A stretch of 49,689 nucleotides of DNA, taken from NCBI GenBank assembly GCA_002437285.1, contig DJOV01000096.1, forward strand, positions 1 through 49,689, written 5' to 3'. Source of the stretch: Prevotella sp. UBA6429 (GTDB lineage: Bacteria > Bacteroidota > Bacteroidia > Bacteroidales > Bacteroidaceae). The notes under the pieces are model-generated. The model saw only the letters and a program-made list of their open reading frames with translations, made no database searches and was not told the DNA's origin. This document shows, in pieces, positions 18,718 through 29,300 of this stretch (position 1 is its first letter; each line of letters begins with the position of its first letter). Made by a program: the position numbers and the translations under genes.

Positions 18718-20004
18718 ATGAGCAACGAAAAGAAACTCCACTTCGAGACACTGCAACTTCACGTAGGACAAGAGCAAGCCGACCCGGCTACCGACGCCCG
18801 TGCCGTACCCATATACCAGACCACCTCTTATGTCTTCCACAGCGCCCAGCACGCCAGCGACCGTTTCCACCTGAAGGACGCTGGCAACATCTACGGCCGA
18901 CTGACCAACTCCACGCAGGGCGTATTCGAGGATCGTGTGGCTGCCCTCGAGGGGGGCGTGGGCGGACTGGCCGTCGCCTCGGGCGCAGCGGCCGTGACCT
19001 ATGCCATCACCAACCTGGCCTATGCCGGCGACCATGTGGTGGCCACGCAGACCATCTACGGCGGCACCTACAACCTGCTGAAGCACACACTGTCGAAGTA
19101 TGGCATCGACTCCACCTTCGTCGACCCCGACGACTACGACGCTCTGGAGGCGGCCATCCAGCCCAACACCAAGCTCGTGTTCATCGAGACGCTGGCCAAC
19201 CCCAACTCCAACATCTCCGACATCGAGCGCACGGCCGAGATTGCCCACCGCCACGGCATCCCCGTGGTCATCGACAACACCTTCGGAACGCCTTACCTCA
19301 TCCGCCCGCTGGAGCACGGTGCCGACATCGTGGTGCACTCCGCCACCAAGTTCATCGGCGGACATGGAACGAGCCTCGGTGGTGTCATCGTCGACGGCGG
19401 CAAGTTCGACTACTTCCAGAACGACAAGTTCCCCGGCTTCACGCAGCCCGACGCCTCCTACTACGGACTGGTCTTCGGCAAGCTGCCAGCCCCGTTTGTG
19501 ACGCGTGTGCGTGCCCTGCTGCTGCGCGATGAGGGTGCCTGCATCTCACCGTTCAACGCCTGGATACTGCTCCAGGGACTGGAGACGCTGAGCCTGCGCG
19601 TGGAGCGCCATGTGTTCAACACGCTGAAGGTCATCGACTACCTCAAGACGCAGCCCCTGGTGAAGAAGATCAACCACCCGTCGCTGCCCGACCATCCCAA
19701 CCACGAGCTATACAAGCGCTACTTCCCCAATGGCGCCGGATCCATCTTCACCTTCGAGATCGAGGGAGGACAGCAGAAGGCATGGGACTTCATCGACCAC
19801 CTGAAGATCTTCTCTGACCTGGCCAACGTGGCCGACGTGAAGTCGCTCGTCGTGCACCCGAAGAGCACCACCCACTCGGAGCTCTCCGAGGAGGAGGCCA
19901 CGGAGCAGGGCATCTACGACGGCACCATCCGCTTGAGCATCGGCACGGAGCACTACCAGGACCTCATCGACGACCTCGACCAGGCATTTGAGGCCGTGAA
20001 GTGA
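18718..20004 (+). CDS. metY: O-acetylhomoserine aminocarboxypropyltransferase (sulfhydrylase)
   Basis: [18 protein letters not shown]-lysine motif [20 protein letters not shown]. Confidence 0.93.
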   Translation: MSNEKKLHFETLQLHVGQEQADPATDARAVPIYQTTSYVFHSAQHASDRFHLKDAGNIYGRLTNSTQGVFEDRVAALEGGVGGLAVASGAAAVTYAITNLAYAGDHVVATQTIYGGTYNLLKHTLSKYGIDSTFVDPDDYDALEAAIQPNTKLVFIETLANPNSNISDIERTAEIAHRHGIPVVIDNTFGTPYLIRPLEHGADIVVHSATKFIGGHGTSLGGVIVDGGKFDYFQNDKFPGFTQPDASYYGLVFGKLPAPFVTRVRALLLRDEGACISPFNAWILLQGLETLSLRVERHVFNTLKVIDYLKTQPLVKKINHPSLPDHPNHELYKRYFPNGAGSIFTFEIEGGQQKAWDFIDHLKIFSDLANVADVKSLVVHPKSTTHSELSEEEATEQGIYDGTIRLSIGTEHYQDLIDDLDQAFEAVK

Positions 20005-20127
20005 GCCGCACACAGGCACAACACAAACGACAACACAAGCACGCGTCGCACCCCGCTCTCGGGCGGGGCGCGGATTACGCCACAGCAAATCGTCCGCAAG
20101 GGATGATCGACAAAACAACAGACGACT

Positions 20128-21069
20128 ATGATTTACAAGCAGATTACAGACCTCATCGGCCACACGCCGCTGGTCGAACTCAATAAGTTTTCAGCCCTCC
20201 GTGGCCTCGACAAGCCCATCATTGCCAAGGTGGAGTTTTTCAACCCTGGCGGTAGCGTGAAGGACCGCATCGGACTGGCCATGATCGAGGACGCCGAGAA
20301 GAAGGGCATCCTCAAGCCGGGGGCCACCATCATCGAGCCCACCAGTGGCAACACGGGCGTCGGCCTGGCACTCGTGTCGGCCGTCAAGGGCTACAAGCTC
20401 ATCCTCACCATGCCCGAGACCATGAGCGTGGAGCGACGCAACCTGGTGAAGGCCTACGGTGCCGAGGTGAGGCTCACGCCCGGCAAGGACGGCATGCCCG
20501 GGGCCATCAAGGCCGCTGAGGCGCTGCGCGACACCATCCCCGGCGCGGTGATCCTCGAGCAGTTTGAGAACAAGGCCAACCCGCAGAGGCACTATGAGAC
20601 CACCGGTCCCGAGATATGGGACGGCACCGATGGCAAGGTGGACATCTTTGTCGCAGGCGTGGGAACGGGTGGCACCGTCTCGGGCATCGGCAGATACCTC
20701 AAGGAGCAAAACCCCAACGTGAAGGTGGTGGCCGTGGAACCGGCCTCGTCGCCCGTGCTCAACGGCGGCCCGTCGGGACCCCACAAGATACAGGGCATCG
20801 GCGCCGGCTTTGTGCCTAACACCTACGATGCCGGCGTGGTCGACGAGGTGCTGGATGTGGCTAACGATGACGCCATCCTTGCCGGACGGCAGCTCGCCCA
20901 GCAAGACGGACTGCTCGTGGGCATCTCCTCGGGTGCAGCGGCCTTTGCCGCCAGCGTGCTGGCCCAGCGCCCGGAGAACAAGGGCAAGACCATCGTGGCC
21001 CTGTTGCCCGACACGGGCGAGCGCTACCTCTCGACGGTGCTCTACGCCTTCGACGAGTATCCGCTGTAA
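20128..21069 (+). CDS. cysK: cysteine synthase A
   Basis: [33 protein letters not shown] and [10 protein letters not shown] motifs. Confidence 0.97.
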   Translation: MIYKQITDLIGHTPLVELNKFSALRGLDKPIIAKVEFFNPGGSVKDRIGLAMIEDAEKKGILKPGATIIEPTSGNTGVGLALVSAVKGYKLILTMPETMSVERRNLVKAYGAEVRLTPGKDGMPGAIKAAEALRDTIPGAVILEQFENKANPQRHYETTGPEIWDGTDGKVDIFVAGVGTGGTVSGIGRYLKEQNPNVKVVAVEPASSPVLNGGPSGPHKIQGIGAGFVPNTYDAGVVDEVLDVANDDAILAGRQLAQQDGLLVGISSGAAAFAASVLAQRPENKGKTIVALLPDTGERYLSTVLYAFDEYPL

Positions 21070-21372
21070 GGGGGAAGGCCTGTCGCTGATGAGCGGAAGC
21101 CAAATCTACAATAGGAAATAGAGAATATGTTTTGTGGCTGTGCCCGAATGACCGTGTCGCCGTGACGCTGGTCTTGGGCATGGCCTTTTTGTTGGGTATG
21201 TCTCATCCGCCACAGTCGTCGAAACGACCCTAAGGAAACCATGAAACCCATGCGCCCATGTGCCACAGGCGCGCCACGCGATTTCGGACAATGAACCGGG
21301 AAAAGAACCGGGAAAAGACAGAACGGGATGTGTTTTTCTTGATTTACAGAGCGGGATATCAGGGAAAAAACA

Positions 21373-21380
21373 TATATTTG
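21373..21380 (+). promoter_or_regulatory. sigma-A -7 element upstream of the structured RNA and araC
   Basis: TATATTTG followed by CA. Confidence 0.6.
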
Positions 21381-21399
21381 CACCGCGATACAATTTGCC

Positions 21400-21590
21400 G
21401 GCAATATAAGAAAGAACACGATTTCAAACGTCCCGCACCTGGAGAAGAGTTGCCGAACTGTTTTCTTTGACCCTGCGCGACAATGGTGCATAGAGGATCG
21501 GGAGACGGGAAGGCACCTTGGGACAAGGCGGGAGCTCGTCCGGCATTTTGATACGTGCCACTCATGTTGTGAACGACCTGACAGAAGAGC
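21400..21590 (+). ncRNA. 6S-like / Bacteroidales-1-like structured RNA (ends approximate)
   Basis: Nested pairings CACG..TCAAA/TTTGA..CGTG (21417/21557), TCCCGC/GCGGGA, TGCC/GGCA, CTGTTTTCT/GGGAGACGG and GCGC/GTGC form one long irregular rod; the core resembles my recollection of the Bacteroidales-1 motif. Confidence 0.55.
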
Positions 21591-21620
21591 CAAGAAGCAA
21601 CCGATAAAAACACCTAAGCC

Positions 21621-22496
21621 ATGCAGACCAGCAAATACCTGATAGCCAATGAGCGCGACGCCGAGTGGGGCCTCACGGTGAGCACCGTGGGCTACGAGGA
21701 GATAGCGCCGGGCGACGACTACCCCACCCACGGACACGCCGACGGCTATTATTTCACCCTTGAGAAGGGGCGCGTGCTCAACGAGTACCAGTTGCTCTAC
21801 CAGCCCGAGGGCGAGGGCTTGTTTCGCTCGGCGTCGGCGGGCGAGGCGCACCTCAAGGCGGGCGACATGTTCCTGCTCTTCCCCGGCGAGTGGCACAGCT
21901 ACCACCCTCTGTCCGCCGTGGGGTGGAAGAGCCACTGGATCGGCTTTCGCGGAGCCAACATGGACCACCGGGTGCGGGCAGGCTTCCTGTCGGTGAGCCA
22001 CCCCGTCTACCACGTGGGCTACTCCGGCGAGATCCTCCGCCTCTACGAGGAGGCCATGCGCGTGGCGCAGGTCGAGGCTCCCTATGTGCAGCAGACGCTG
22101 GCCGGTGTGGTCAACCACCTCCTGGGACTGATGTACTCGCTGGAGCGCACCAACCAGCTCAGCCGCAACCATGAGCACGTGGACATGGTCAACCAGGCGC
22201 GGCGGCTGATACGCGACGGGCTGGAAGATGACCTCGCCATCCAGGACATAGCGAGCGACATGGGGGTCAGCTACAGCAATTTCCGCAAGTTGTTCAAGGA
22301 GTTTGCCGGTGTGTCGCCTGCCTTCTACCAGCAGGAGCTGCGCATCCAGCGGGCCAAGGAGCTGCTGGCCACGACTGACATGAGTGTCAAGCAGATTGCC
22401 TACCGCTTGAGGTTTGACTCGCCTGACTATTTCTCCTCCAAGTTCAAGATGAAGACGGGCATGAAGCCCAGCGAGTTTCGCGCGCAGGTCCGCTGA
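21621..22496 (+). CDS. AraC family transcriptional regulator
   Basis: Cupin N-domain (LFPGEWHSY) and C-terminal double HTH (FRKLFK...AKELL...IAYRLRFDSPDYFSSKFK). Confidence 0.95.
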   Translation: MQTSKYLIANERDAEWGLTVSTVGYEEIAPGDDYPTHGHADGYYFTLEKGRVLNEYQLLYQPEGEGLFRSASAGEAHLKAGDMFLLFPGEWHSYHPLSAVGWKSHWIGFRGANMDHRVRAGFLSVSHPVYHVGYSGEILRLYEEAMRVAQVEAPYVQQTLAGVVNHLLGLMYSLERTNQLSRNHEHVDMVNQARRLIRDGLEDDLAIQDIASDMGVSYSNFRKLFKEFAGVSPAFYQQELRIQRAKELLATTDMSVKQIAYRLRFDSPDYFSSKFKMKTGMKPSEFRAQVR

Positions 22497-22590
22497 CACA
22501 GCATCCCACCCTCACATACACACACAATCCCGTGTTGCCCTTTTTGAGGTGGGTTCTATAAAATATTGAAGTTTCGGATTTAGCCAAAAA

Positions 22591-22625
22591 CGGGCTGAAA
22601 GCCCGGTAAGTACACAGCCCTGAGC
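22591..22625 (+). repeat. degenerate REP-like palindrome
   Basis: CGGGCTGAAAGCCCG hairpin followed by ACACAGCCC; resembles the element at 25804-25896. Confidence 0.5.
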
Positions 22626-22801
22626 TATGGAAACAGATGGTTTTCTTGCTAAGGCAAGCGGCAGAGCCGGGCGCAGCCAATTCGCTAAATCAGAAACTTG
22701 AGTGAAAATGGGCTTTGCCCCGATTTTTGAGGTTCTCTTCGAGGCCAGAGTGTCAGCGAGTGAGGGAGCATAGCGGGCTATACGACCGAACGGGGCGGCG
22801 G

Positions 22802-23452
22802 TCAGAAGTGGATGGGCTTCATGCTTGCCGTCTTGGCGGCATAGGTGTCTTCACTGACGGCGATGCCTTTGAGACTGCGTATCCTGGGCTTGTCGGCAAA
22901 CCATGGGTCGGAGGTGGTGTACCAGGCGGCATGCTTGATCTTGCTGACATCGGCCAGCTGCCCGTGGATCGTGCGGGCATAGCGGGGATTCACCGACGAG
23001 AGATAGTGTTTCCCGTTGACCAGTTCGATGGCCAGCACCAGGTACTGCCCGATAACCTGCGCGGAGCCCGTATGAGCCCTCGCCAGTCCGCTTGTGGGTG
23101 TCATGACGTGTATGTCCCACCCCTCGCGGTTGAGCCGGCTCATCATGCCGCGGAACACCACGCCGTGGGGCGACGTGTCCTTCATGCCTGCTGCGGCGAT
23201 GCTGAGGTGGATCATCTCGTGGAGCAGCACGCTCTGGAACTGGCGCTCCGACTGGTCGTAGTAGTTGCTCATGCCCAGGGAGAAGTCGAAGAGGCGTGCG
23301 CCGCGAAGCGTCATCTTGCGCTTGAAGGACAAGGTGCCGAGCTGCGTGCGCGAGTGGCCGATGTGGAAGCGGGGCGTGGGCAGGCCGCCGTCGAAGTATT
23401 GCCGGTTGAACGTGGCAAACCAGCGTCGCAACCAGAGGATGTCTATCTGCAT
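22802..23452 (-). CDS. SprT-like zinc metalloprotease domain protein
   Basis: [18 protein letters not shown] (HExxH) and HGVVF motifs; ATG at 23452 chosen. Confidence 0.88.
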   Translation of the reverse strand: MQIDILWLRRWFATFNRQYFDGGLPTPRFHIGHSRTQLGTLSFKRKMTLRGARLFDFSLGMSNYYDQSERQFQSVLLHEMIHLSIAAAGMKDTSPHGVVFRGMMSRLNREGWDIHVMTPTSGLARAHTGSAQVIGQYLVLAIELVNGKHYLSSVNPRYARTIHGQLADVSKIKHAAWYTTSDPWFADKPRIRSLKGIAVSEDTYAAKTASMKPIHF

Positions 23453-23658
23453 GGGGAGAAAAATGGTGTCAAGGAGGAGGCTTCGGAAGAGAGGCCCTCT
23501 GCGATGCAAAGGTACGCATAAAACGACAGACGCGGGAGATGCGCATGAAGTTTTTTTATCCTCCCGGCCACATTATTTGTCATATCCGTCCCAATCCTCA
23601 TATTTTTTGTGTAAGTTTGCATCAGCAATTGCAAATCGTACCAATAACAGAGCAAAAT

Positions 23659-24231
23659 ATGAAACTACTGAGAGATCGCATCCTCAAGGACGGCAAATGC
23701 TACCCTGGCGGAATTCTGAAAGTGGACAAGTTTATCAACCATCAGCTTGACCCCAACCTGATGAAGCAGATAGCCGTGGAGTTCATCCGGCGATACGCTT
23801 CATCGGAGATCAACAAGATTCTGACCATTGAGGCCAGCGGCATCGCACCGGCCATCATGATGGGATTTCTGCTGGACCTGCCCGTGGTGTTCGCCAAGAA
23901 GAAGAAACCGTCGACCATGGGCGACATGCTCTCGACCACCGTCTTCTCGTTCACCAAGCAGCGCGAGTATCACGTGGTCATCTCCAAGGACTACCTGACG
24001 CCTCACGACAAGGTGCTCTTCATCGATGACTTCCTGGCCTACGGCAACGCCGCCAAGGGCATCATAGACCTCTGCCGCCAGGGCGGCGCGGAGCTCGTGG
24101 GCATGGGCTTCATCATCGAGAAAGCCTTCCAGCACGGACGCGAGGTCATCGAACGCGAGGGCATACGCTGCGAGAGCCTGGCCATCATCGATTCGCTCGA
24201 CAACTGCGAGATCAAGATCCGCGAGGAATAA
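23659..24231 (+). CDS. xpt: xanthine phosphoribosyltransferase
   Basis: [22 protein letters not shown] motif [22 protein letters not shown] promoter element at 23612. Confidence 0.95.
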   Translation: MKLLRDRILKDGKCYPGGILKVDKFINHQLDPNLMKQIAVEFIRRYASSEINKILTIEASGIAPAIMMGFLLDLPVVFAKKKKPSTMGDMLSTTVFSFTKQREYHVVISKDYLTPHDKVLFIDDFLAYGNAAKGIIDLCRQGGAELVGMGFIIEKAFQHGREVIEREGIRCESLAIIDSLDNCEIKIREE

Positions 24232-24257
24232 TCCGCCGAAACAAAACCCCAAGAACC

Positions 24258-25544
24258 ATGCTTGACAAGGAAACGAGAGAACAGATACTGGCGCTCATCC
24301 ACCAGGAGGTGGTGCCCGCCGTGGGGTGCACCGAGCCGATGGCCGTGGCACTCTGTGTGGCGCGCGCTACGGAAGACCTGTGCCGCAGGCCCGAGCGGAT
24401 CAGCGTGTGGCTGTCGGCCAACATGCTCAAGAACGCCATGGGGGTCGGCATACCCGGTACGGGCATGATCGGACTGCCCATCGCCGTGGCGCTGGGAGCC
24501 ATCGTGGGCAAGTCGGAGTATCAGCTGGAGGTCATCAAGGACCTCACGCCCGAGACACTCGAAGAGGGCAAGCGCTACATCGCCGATGACCGCATCGACA
24601 TCAAGCTCAAGCCCGATACCAGCGAGAAGCTCTACATCGAGGTGCTGTGCCGGGCAGGCGACGACACGGCCAAGGCTGTCATCGCCGGCAGCCACACCAA
24701 CTTCGTCTATGAGGAGCGCTGCGGACAGGTGCTGCTCGACAAGCGGCAGTGCATGGGGCAGGACGACGAGCGCGACGGGCTGAGGCTCAACCTCAAGACC
24801 GTGTGGGACTACGCCATGACCACGCCCCTCGACGAGATCAGGTTCATCCTCGAGGCCAAGCGCCTCAACATCGCCGCCGCCGCGGCTTCGCTCAAGGGCA
24901 ACTACGGCCACTGCCTGGGCAAGACCATGGACCGCCCGCTGAGCAAGGGCATCTTCGGCGACAGCATCTTCTCGCACATCATCGCCAAGACCGCCTCGGC
25001 ATGCGACGCCCGCATGGGCGGAGCCATGATACCCGTCATGAGCAACAGCGGATCGGGCAACCAAGGCATCTGCGCCACCAACCCCGTGGCGGTCTATGCC
25101 GAGGAGAACGAGAACACCGAGGAGGAGCTCATCAGGGCGCTGACGCTGAGCCACCTCACGGCCATCTACATCAAGCAGAGCCTGGGCAAGCTCTCGGCCC
25201 TGTGCGGATGTGTGGTGGCAAGCATCGGCTCCAGCTGCGGCATCACCTACCTCATGGGCGGCGGCTACGCGGACATCTGCCACGCCGTGAGAAACATGAT
25301 TGCCAACCTCACGGGCATGATCTGCGACGGAGCCAAGCCCAGTTGCGCCCTGAAGATCAGTTCGGGCGTGTCGACGGCCCTGCTCTCGGCCGTCCTGGCT
25401 CGCGAGGGCAAGCATGTCACCGAGGCGGAGGGTATCATCGACAAGGATGTGGACCGGAGCATACACAACCTCACCAGCATCGGCAAGGAGGCCATGTGCG
25501 CCACCGACGACATGGTGCTCGACATCATGACGCACAAGAGCTGA
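24258..25544 (+). CDS. L-cysteine desulfidase / serine dehydratase alpha-like (YhaM/CdsB family)
   Basis: GCTEP, KNAMGVGIPG, MSNSGSGNQG, LSALCG and GMICDGAKPSCALK motifs. Confidence 0.9.
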   Translation: MLDKETREQILALIHQEVVPAVGCTEPMAVALCVARATEDLCRRPERISVWLSANMLKNAMGVGIPGTGMIGLPIAVALGAIVGKSEYQLEVIKDLTPETLEEGKRYIADDRIDIKLKPDTSEKLYIEVLCRAGDDTAKAVIAGSHTNFVYEERCGQVLLDKRQCMGQDDERDGLRLNLKTVWDYAMTTPLDEIRFILEAKRLNIAAAAASLKGNYGHCLGKTMDRPLSKGIFGDSIFSHIIAKTASACDARMGGAMIPVMSNSGSGNQGICATNPVAVYAEENENTEEELIRALTLSHLTAIYIKQSLGKLSALCGCVVASIGSSCGITYLMGGGYADICHAVRNMIANLTGMICDGAKPSCALKISSGVSTALLSAVLAREGKHVTEAEGIIDKDVDRSIHNLTSIGKEAMCATDDMVLDIMTHKS

Positions 25545-25700
25545 AGCCCGCAAACGGCCTGTGCTTTGCCGCTTGCGCAGGCCTTCGCTCTACTTTGCAG
25601 CATGCGACGGCCATTGCATGCGCCCTTGTTGTGCCTTGGCGCAAGGACGGATGAGCATCCAGGTGAAAAGGCAAAAGGTTACAAGGTTACAGGTTACATG

Positions 25701-25798
25701 AAGGTGGTTGCGATGTGCGCAAAGGAGGAAGCGGCGCATCGTTTTCATGTTTTCATTGTTTCATTAAGGTGGTTGCGATGTGCGCAGAGGAGGAAGCG
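25701..25798. repeat. 33-bp direct repeat, two copies, 32-bp spacer
   Basis: AAGGTGGTTGCGATGTGCGCA(A/G)AGGAGGAAGCG at 25701-25733 and 25766-25798. Confidence 0.9.
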
Positions 25799-25803
25799 TA
25801 TAT

Positions 25804-25896
25804 ACTTTTGCCCCTATAGGGCGTAGGCTCACGCTCGTTTTCTTACCCAGGGTGCCGCTTCGCTTGCCCTGCTATGGACTTTTGGCCTTTCAGGCC
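25804..25896 (-). repeat. REP-doublet-like palindromic element
   Basis: Two ACTTTTG-led hairpins (GCCCCTATAGGGC; GGCCTTTCAGGCC) flanking a CAGGG...CCCTG hairpin. Confidence 0.65.
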
Positions 25897-25990
25897 GTCG
25901 CCTACGGAAAGTGCAAGTGCGGGCCGTCGCCTACGGAAAGTGCGGGCCGTCGTCTACGGCAAGCGTAAGTGCATGCTCTGTCGCCTACGG
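25893..25990. repeat. four tandem copies of a short palindrome
   Basis: GGCCGTCGCCTACGG-like units at 25893, 25922, 25945 and 25976 with related AAGTGC/AAGCGT linkers. Confidence 0.9.
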
Positions 25991-26091
25991 TAAGCGTAAG
26001 TGTAGGCCATCGCGCAAGCGTTTTTACGGTTTACCGTTCCGGGTACGGTAGCCCCCTAATGCGTGAGCGGTTTAACCTGGTTGATGGCCAG

Positions 26092-26210
26092 CCCTTGAGG
26101 GGAAGGCGGCGCAGCCGCCATGACGGGAGGAGAGGTGTGGCTCGTGAGCTTTCTCACAAGAGACACGCCTCTCCTCCCGTCATGAGCCCGACAGGGCTTC
26201 CCCGAGAAGG
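26092..26210. repeat. multibranched inverted-repeat element
   Basis: 20-bp stem 26120-26139/26164-26183 with apical GTGAG/CTCAC, two side hairpins, closed by GGGA/TCCC and CCCTT/AAGGG. Confidence 0.85.
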
Positions 26211-26382
26211 GATGGGGTTTTGTCGGTTTACATTCAAAACCATTGGCCTTGTCACACCTAATTGCGGATGAGCTTCAATCCATTTCAAGCCCATCGAAAT
26301 CCATTCGCCCCCCATTGGGGTCTCACCGCTTCCCCTCCCCCCCCAAAAAAAAAAAATCAGGAAGAATCTTTCGGCTGGCGGC

Positions 26383-29300
26383 CTACCTCGTGAGGCTGAA
26401 CTTGAGGCTGAGGCCGAAGTCCTGCGTCGTCGTCGGGTAACTGCTGCTGCTGAGCAGCGGCGTGTTGGTCTGGCGGTCGAGGTAGAAGCTCATGGTCATC
26501 AGCTTCGACAGTGTGTAGTCGGCCATGAACGAGAGCTTGAAGGCGGTGTTGCCGCTGCTGGCTGCCGAGGCCATGGCTGCGATGTCGCGCGTGATGCTGG
26601 CCTGCTTGCGGAACGACAGGTCGAGGCGCAGGTTGAGGCTGTGGTTGGTGCCGCCGCGGGCGGACGTGTTACTGTTGTTCTTCGTCTGGTTGTTGGCGCC
26701 GCGCTTGCCGTTGCTCTTCACCTGTCGGTGGTTGCGCGAGCCGAAGAGGTTGAAGTTGTTGAGCTTGTAGCCCATGCCGAGCACCCAGTCCTTGCTGACC
26801 GCCTCGTTGATCTGCACGCTGGTCATCGACAGGGAGAGCACACGCGTTTGTCGGTACTCGAGCTTGCAGGTGAGATTGTTCTGCAGGGTGACGTCGACGC
26901 CCAGCAGGGGCGAGAAGGCCTCGTTGATGCTCACGGTCGACACGTTGTACATCGAGTTGGGGATGGGGTTGCCTGTCGTGGCGTCGGTGATGAAGCCGAG
27001 GCCTGCGCCCATGAGCTGCATGTAGGTGCTGTAACTCTGGTAGCTGCCCACGGCATAGACGCTCTTGTAGCTGTGGTTGAGGTTGACGCTCTTGAAGACG
27101 TCGCGGAACCAGGGCAGCTTGCTCAGCCCGCTGTAGCGCATGGTCCAGTTGGGGAGCAACTTCGTGAGTGCGGGGAAGATGTCGAGGCCCTTGCCGCCCA
27201 TGCCGGTGTAGCTGGCCAGGAAGGCCGGCACCATGACATCGGCGCTGTAGAGGTTGACCCCCCCGTTGGCCGCGTCAAACTTCTTGCCCGCAAAGGCGGT
27301 GCCCGCAGGATAGACGGCCCCGGCGTAGCGGGCCTCCACACGCTGTCGGAAGCCCTCGAGCGAGCGGCAGAACTTGTCGAACGTGGCGCTGTGGTACCCG
27401 TTGTTGGCGTTGCCAATGCCCTCGAAGGCCGAGCCCAGCGAGATGGTGGTCATGGTGAATGTGCCCGTCTGCGTGGTGGGGTTGCCCTCATACATGTACT
27501 GTATGCTGCGTGCGGTGGTCTGTGCGCGCGTGGCGGTGAGGTCGATCTTGAGGTTCTTCACCGGTTCCAGCGTCATGCGCAGCTGCAGGTCCTCGGTCTT
27601 GTTGGTCGTGGCGGGTGTGGCCACGCTGTCGCTCATGAGCAGCCATCCTCTGTCGCTGGCCTTGGCGATGTAGCTGTCGCCGACGAGGCCGAAGGCAAAG
27701 TCGAGGCCCGGCGCCAGAGCGTTGGCGCTGTTGTTGCGCGTCTGCCCGAAGGCGTTGCCCACCGTGGGCATGAAACCCGGCAGGACGATGGAGTACTGGT
27801 TGCGGTAGGTCATGCTCACGTTGCGCACCATCATGGCCACGCGGGCCACCGACTGTGCGATGCGGTACCACTTCTGCTCGTCCAGTGGACGCTTGGTGGT
27901 GACGGTGAGCTTCAGCCTCAGGGCGGAGTCGACCTTGTTGGTGATGCGTATCTTGTTGTCGTCAAGCTTCTTGAACTTGAGCTTGTATCGCTGTCCGTCC
28001 ATGGTCTTGGCCGAGACGATGAGGCGTTTCGACTTGCGCGCGTGGCTGACATCGATGGTGGTGTCGGGCAGCAGCTTGATCTCCTTCTCGAAGGCATTCC
28101 TGTTCTTGGGCAGTTGCGCTTTCTTCTGCTGTTCCTCCTTGCGTTTCTGCTGTAGCTGCCTGACCGCCTCCTCGGGGTCCTTGCCGTCGGCTTCGGCCTT
28201 CTTGCGCACCTGGTCTTCCTCGTCCTTGAGTTTCTTCTTCTCCACCTTCTCCTTGCTCTTGTCCTGCTTCTTCTTGTTGAGCTCCGCTCGGCTGGGCTCC
28301 TTGTCGAAGCGCTCGTTGGCGGCCTTGAGGAAGGGCACGTGGTTGTAGAGCTTGGTGAGGTTGAACGTGCCGTTGATGTTGAGCTGCCTGTTGTTCTGGA
28401 TGGTGTTGCCCAGGTTGGTGCCGTCCTCCAGCTCCGAGCCTCGCACCCAGTGGTAGGTGGCGTTGTAGGAAGCGTCGGAGGTCACCCAGTCGAAGATGGG
28501 CAGCAGGTTGAGCGGCAGCTGATAGGACATGGTGAACGTCTGCTGGTAGTCGAGCGGTGTGCCCATGTGCTTGATGGAGGTCCACACCGAGTCCTTCCAC
28601 GCCTCGTATCGGGTGGGGTAGAGGTCCTTGTTGACGGGTGTGTAAGGCTCCTCGATTTCGGCATGTGTGGCGCTCTGGAAGTTCATGTGGAGGTTCTTGG
28701 TCAGGTCCCACCTCAGCTGGAAGTCACGGTTCCAGAGGAACTGCTGCGAGAAGGTGAGTGGCAGCTGCGAGCCCTCGAGCGACTCCATGTCGCGCTCCTG
28801 CAGCTCGTAGTAGTTGCGCGTCATCTCGGTGTTGAAGGCCACGTTCTGCGGCAGCCAGTTGAGGCCGAATCGCTTGAGTATGTCGAGCCACTTGCTCTTG
28901 CTCTTGAGCCGCTTGAACGGCTCCCATGCCTTGTAGACCGGGCTCCAGTTGTAGTTGAATCCTCCACGCCAGTTGTCCTCGTTCTCATAGACCGTCGTCT
29001 CGCCCTGCGTGTGTGCATGCGAGTGGCTGTAGGAGAAGGAGAAGTTGGCCGGGTCGTAGGGCATGGGGTGTCGCTTGGTCTGTATGCCCACGCGAACGTT
29101 GGAGAGCGAGAAGTTGCGGTTGATGGTCTTGGTGACGGCAATGTTCTCCACCGAGTCGCGCTCGTGCTTGTCCATGCTTTCGAGGGCGTCGTCGAGTTCC
29201 ATGTCGGTGTCGAGCGGGTTGTACTTGGGCCTTGTCACCTCCTTGGTGACGCTGTAGTAGAGCGGTGCCGACACCTTGGCCTTGTCGGGGAAGAACTTGC

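Noticed and set aside
21235..21318. Short tandem duplications GAAACCAT-like x2 and GAACCGGGAAAA x2
   Set aside because: Two-copy slippage repeats with no further structure
25701..25990. CRISPR array
   Set aside because: Only two 33-bp copies with a low-complexity spacer; the four-unit array has 8-16-nt linkers similar to each other; no cas genes in the window
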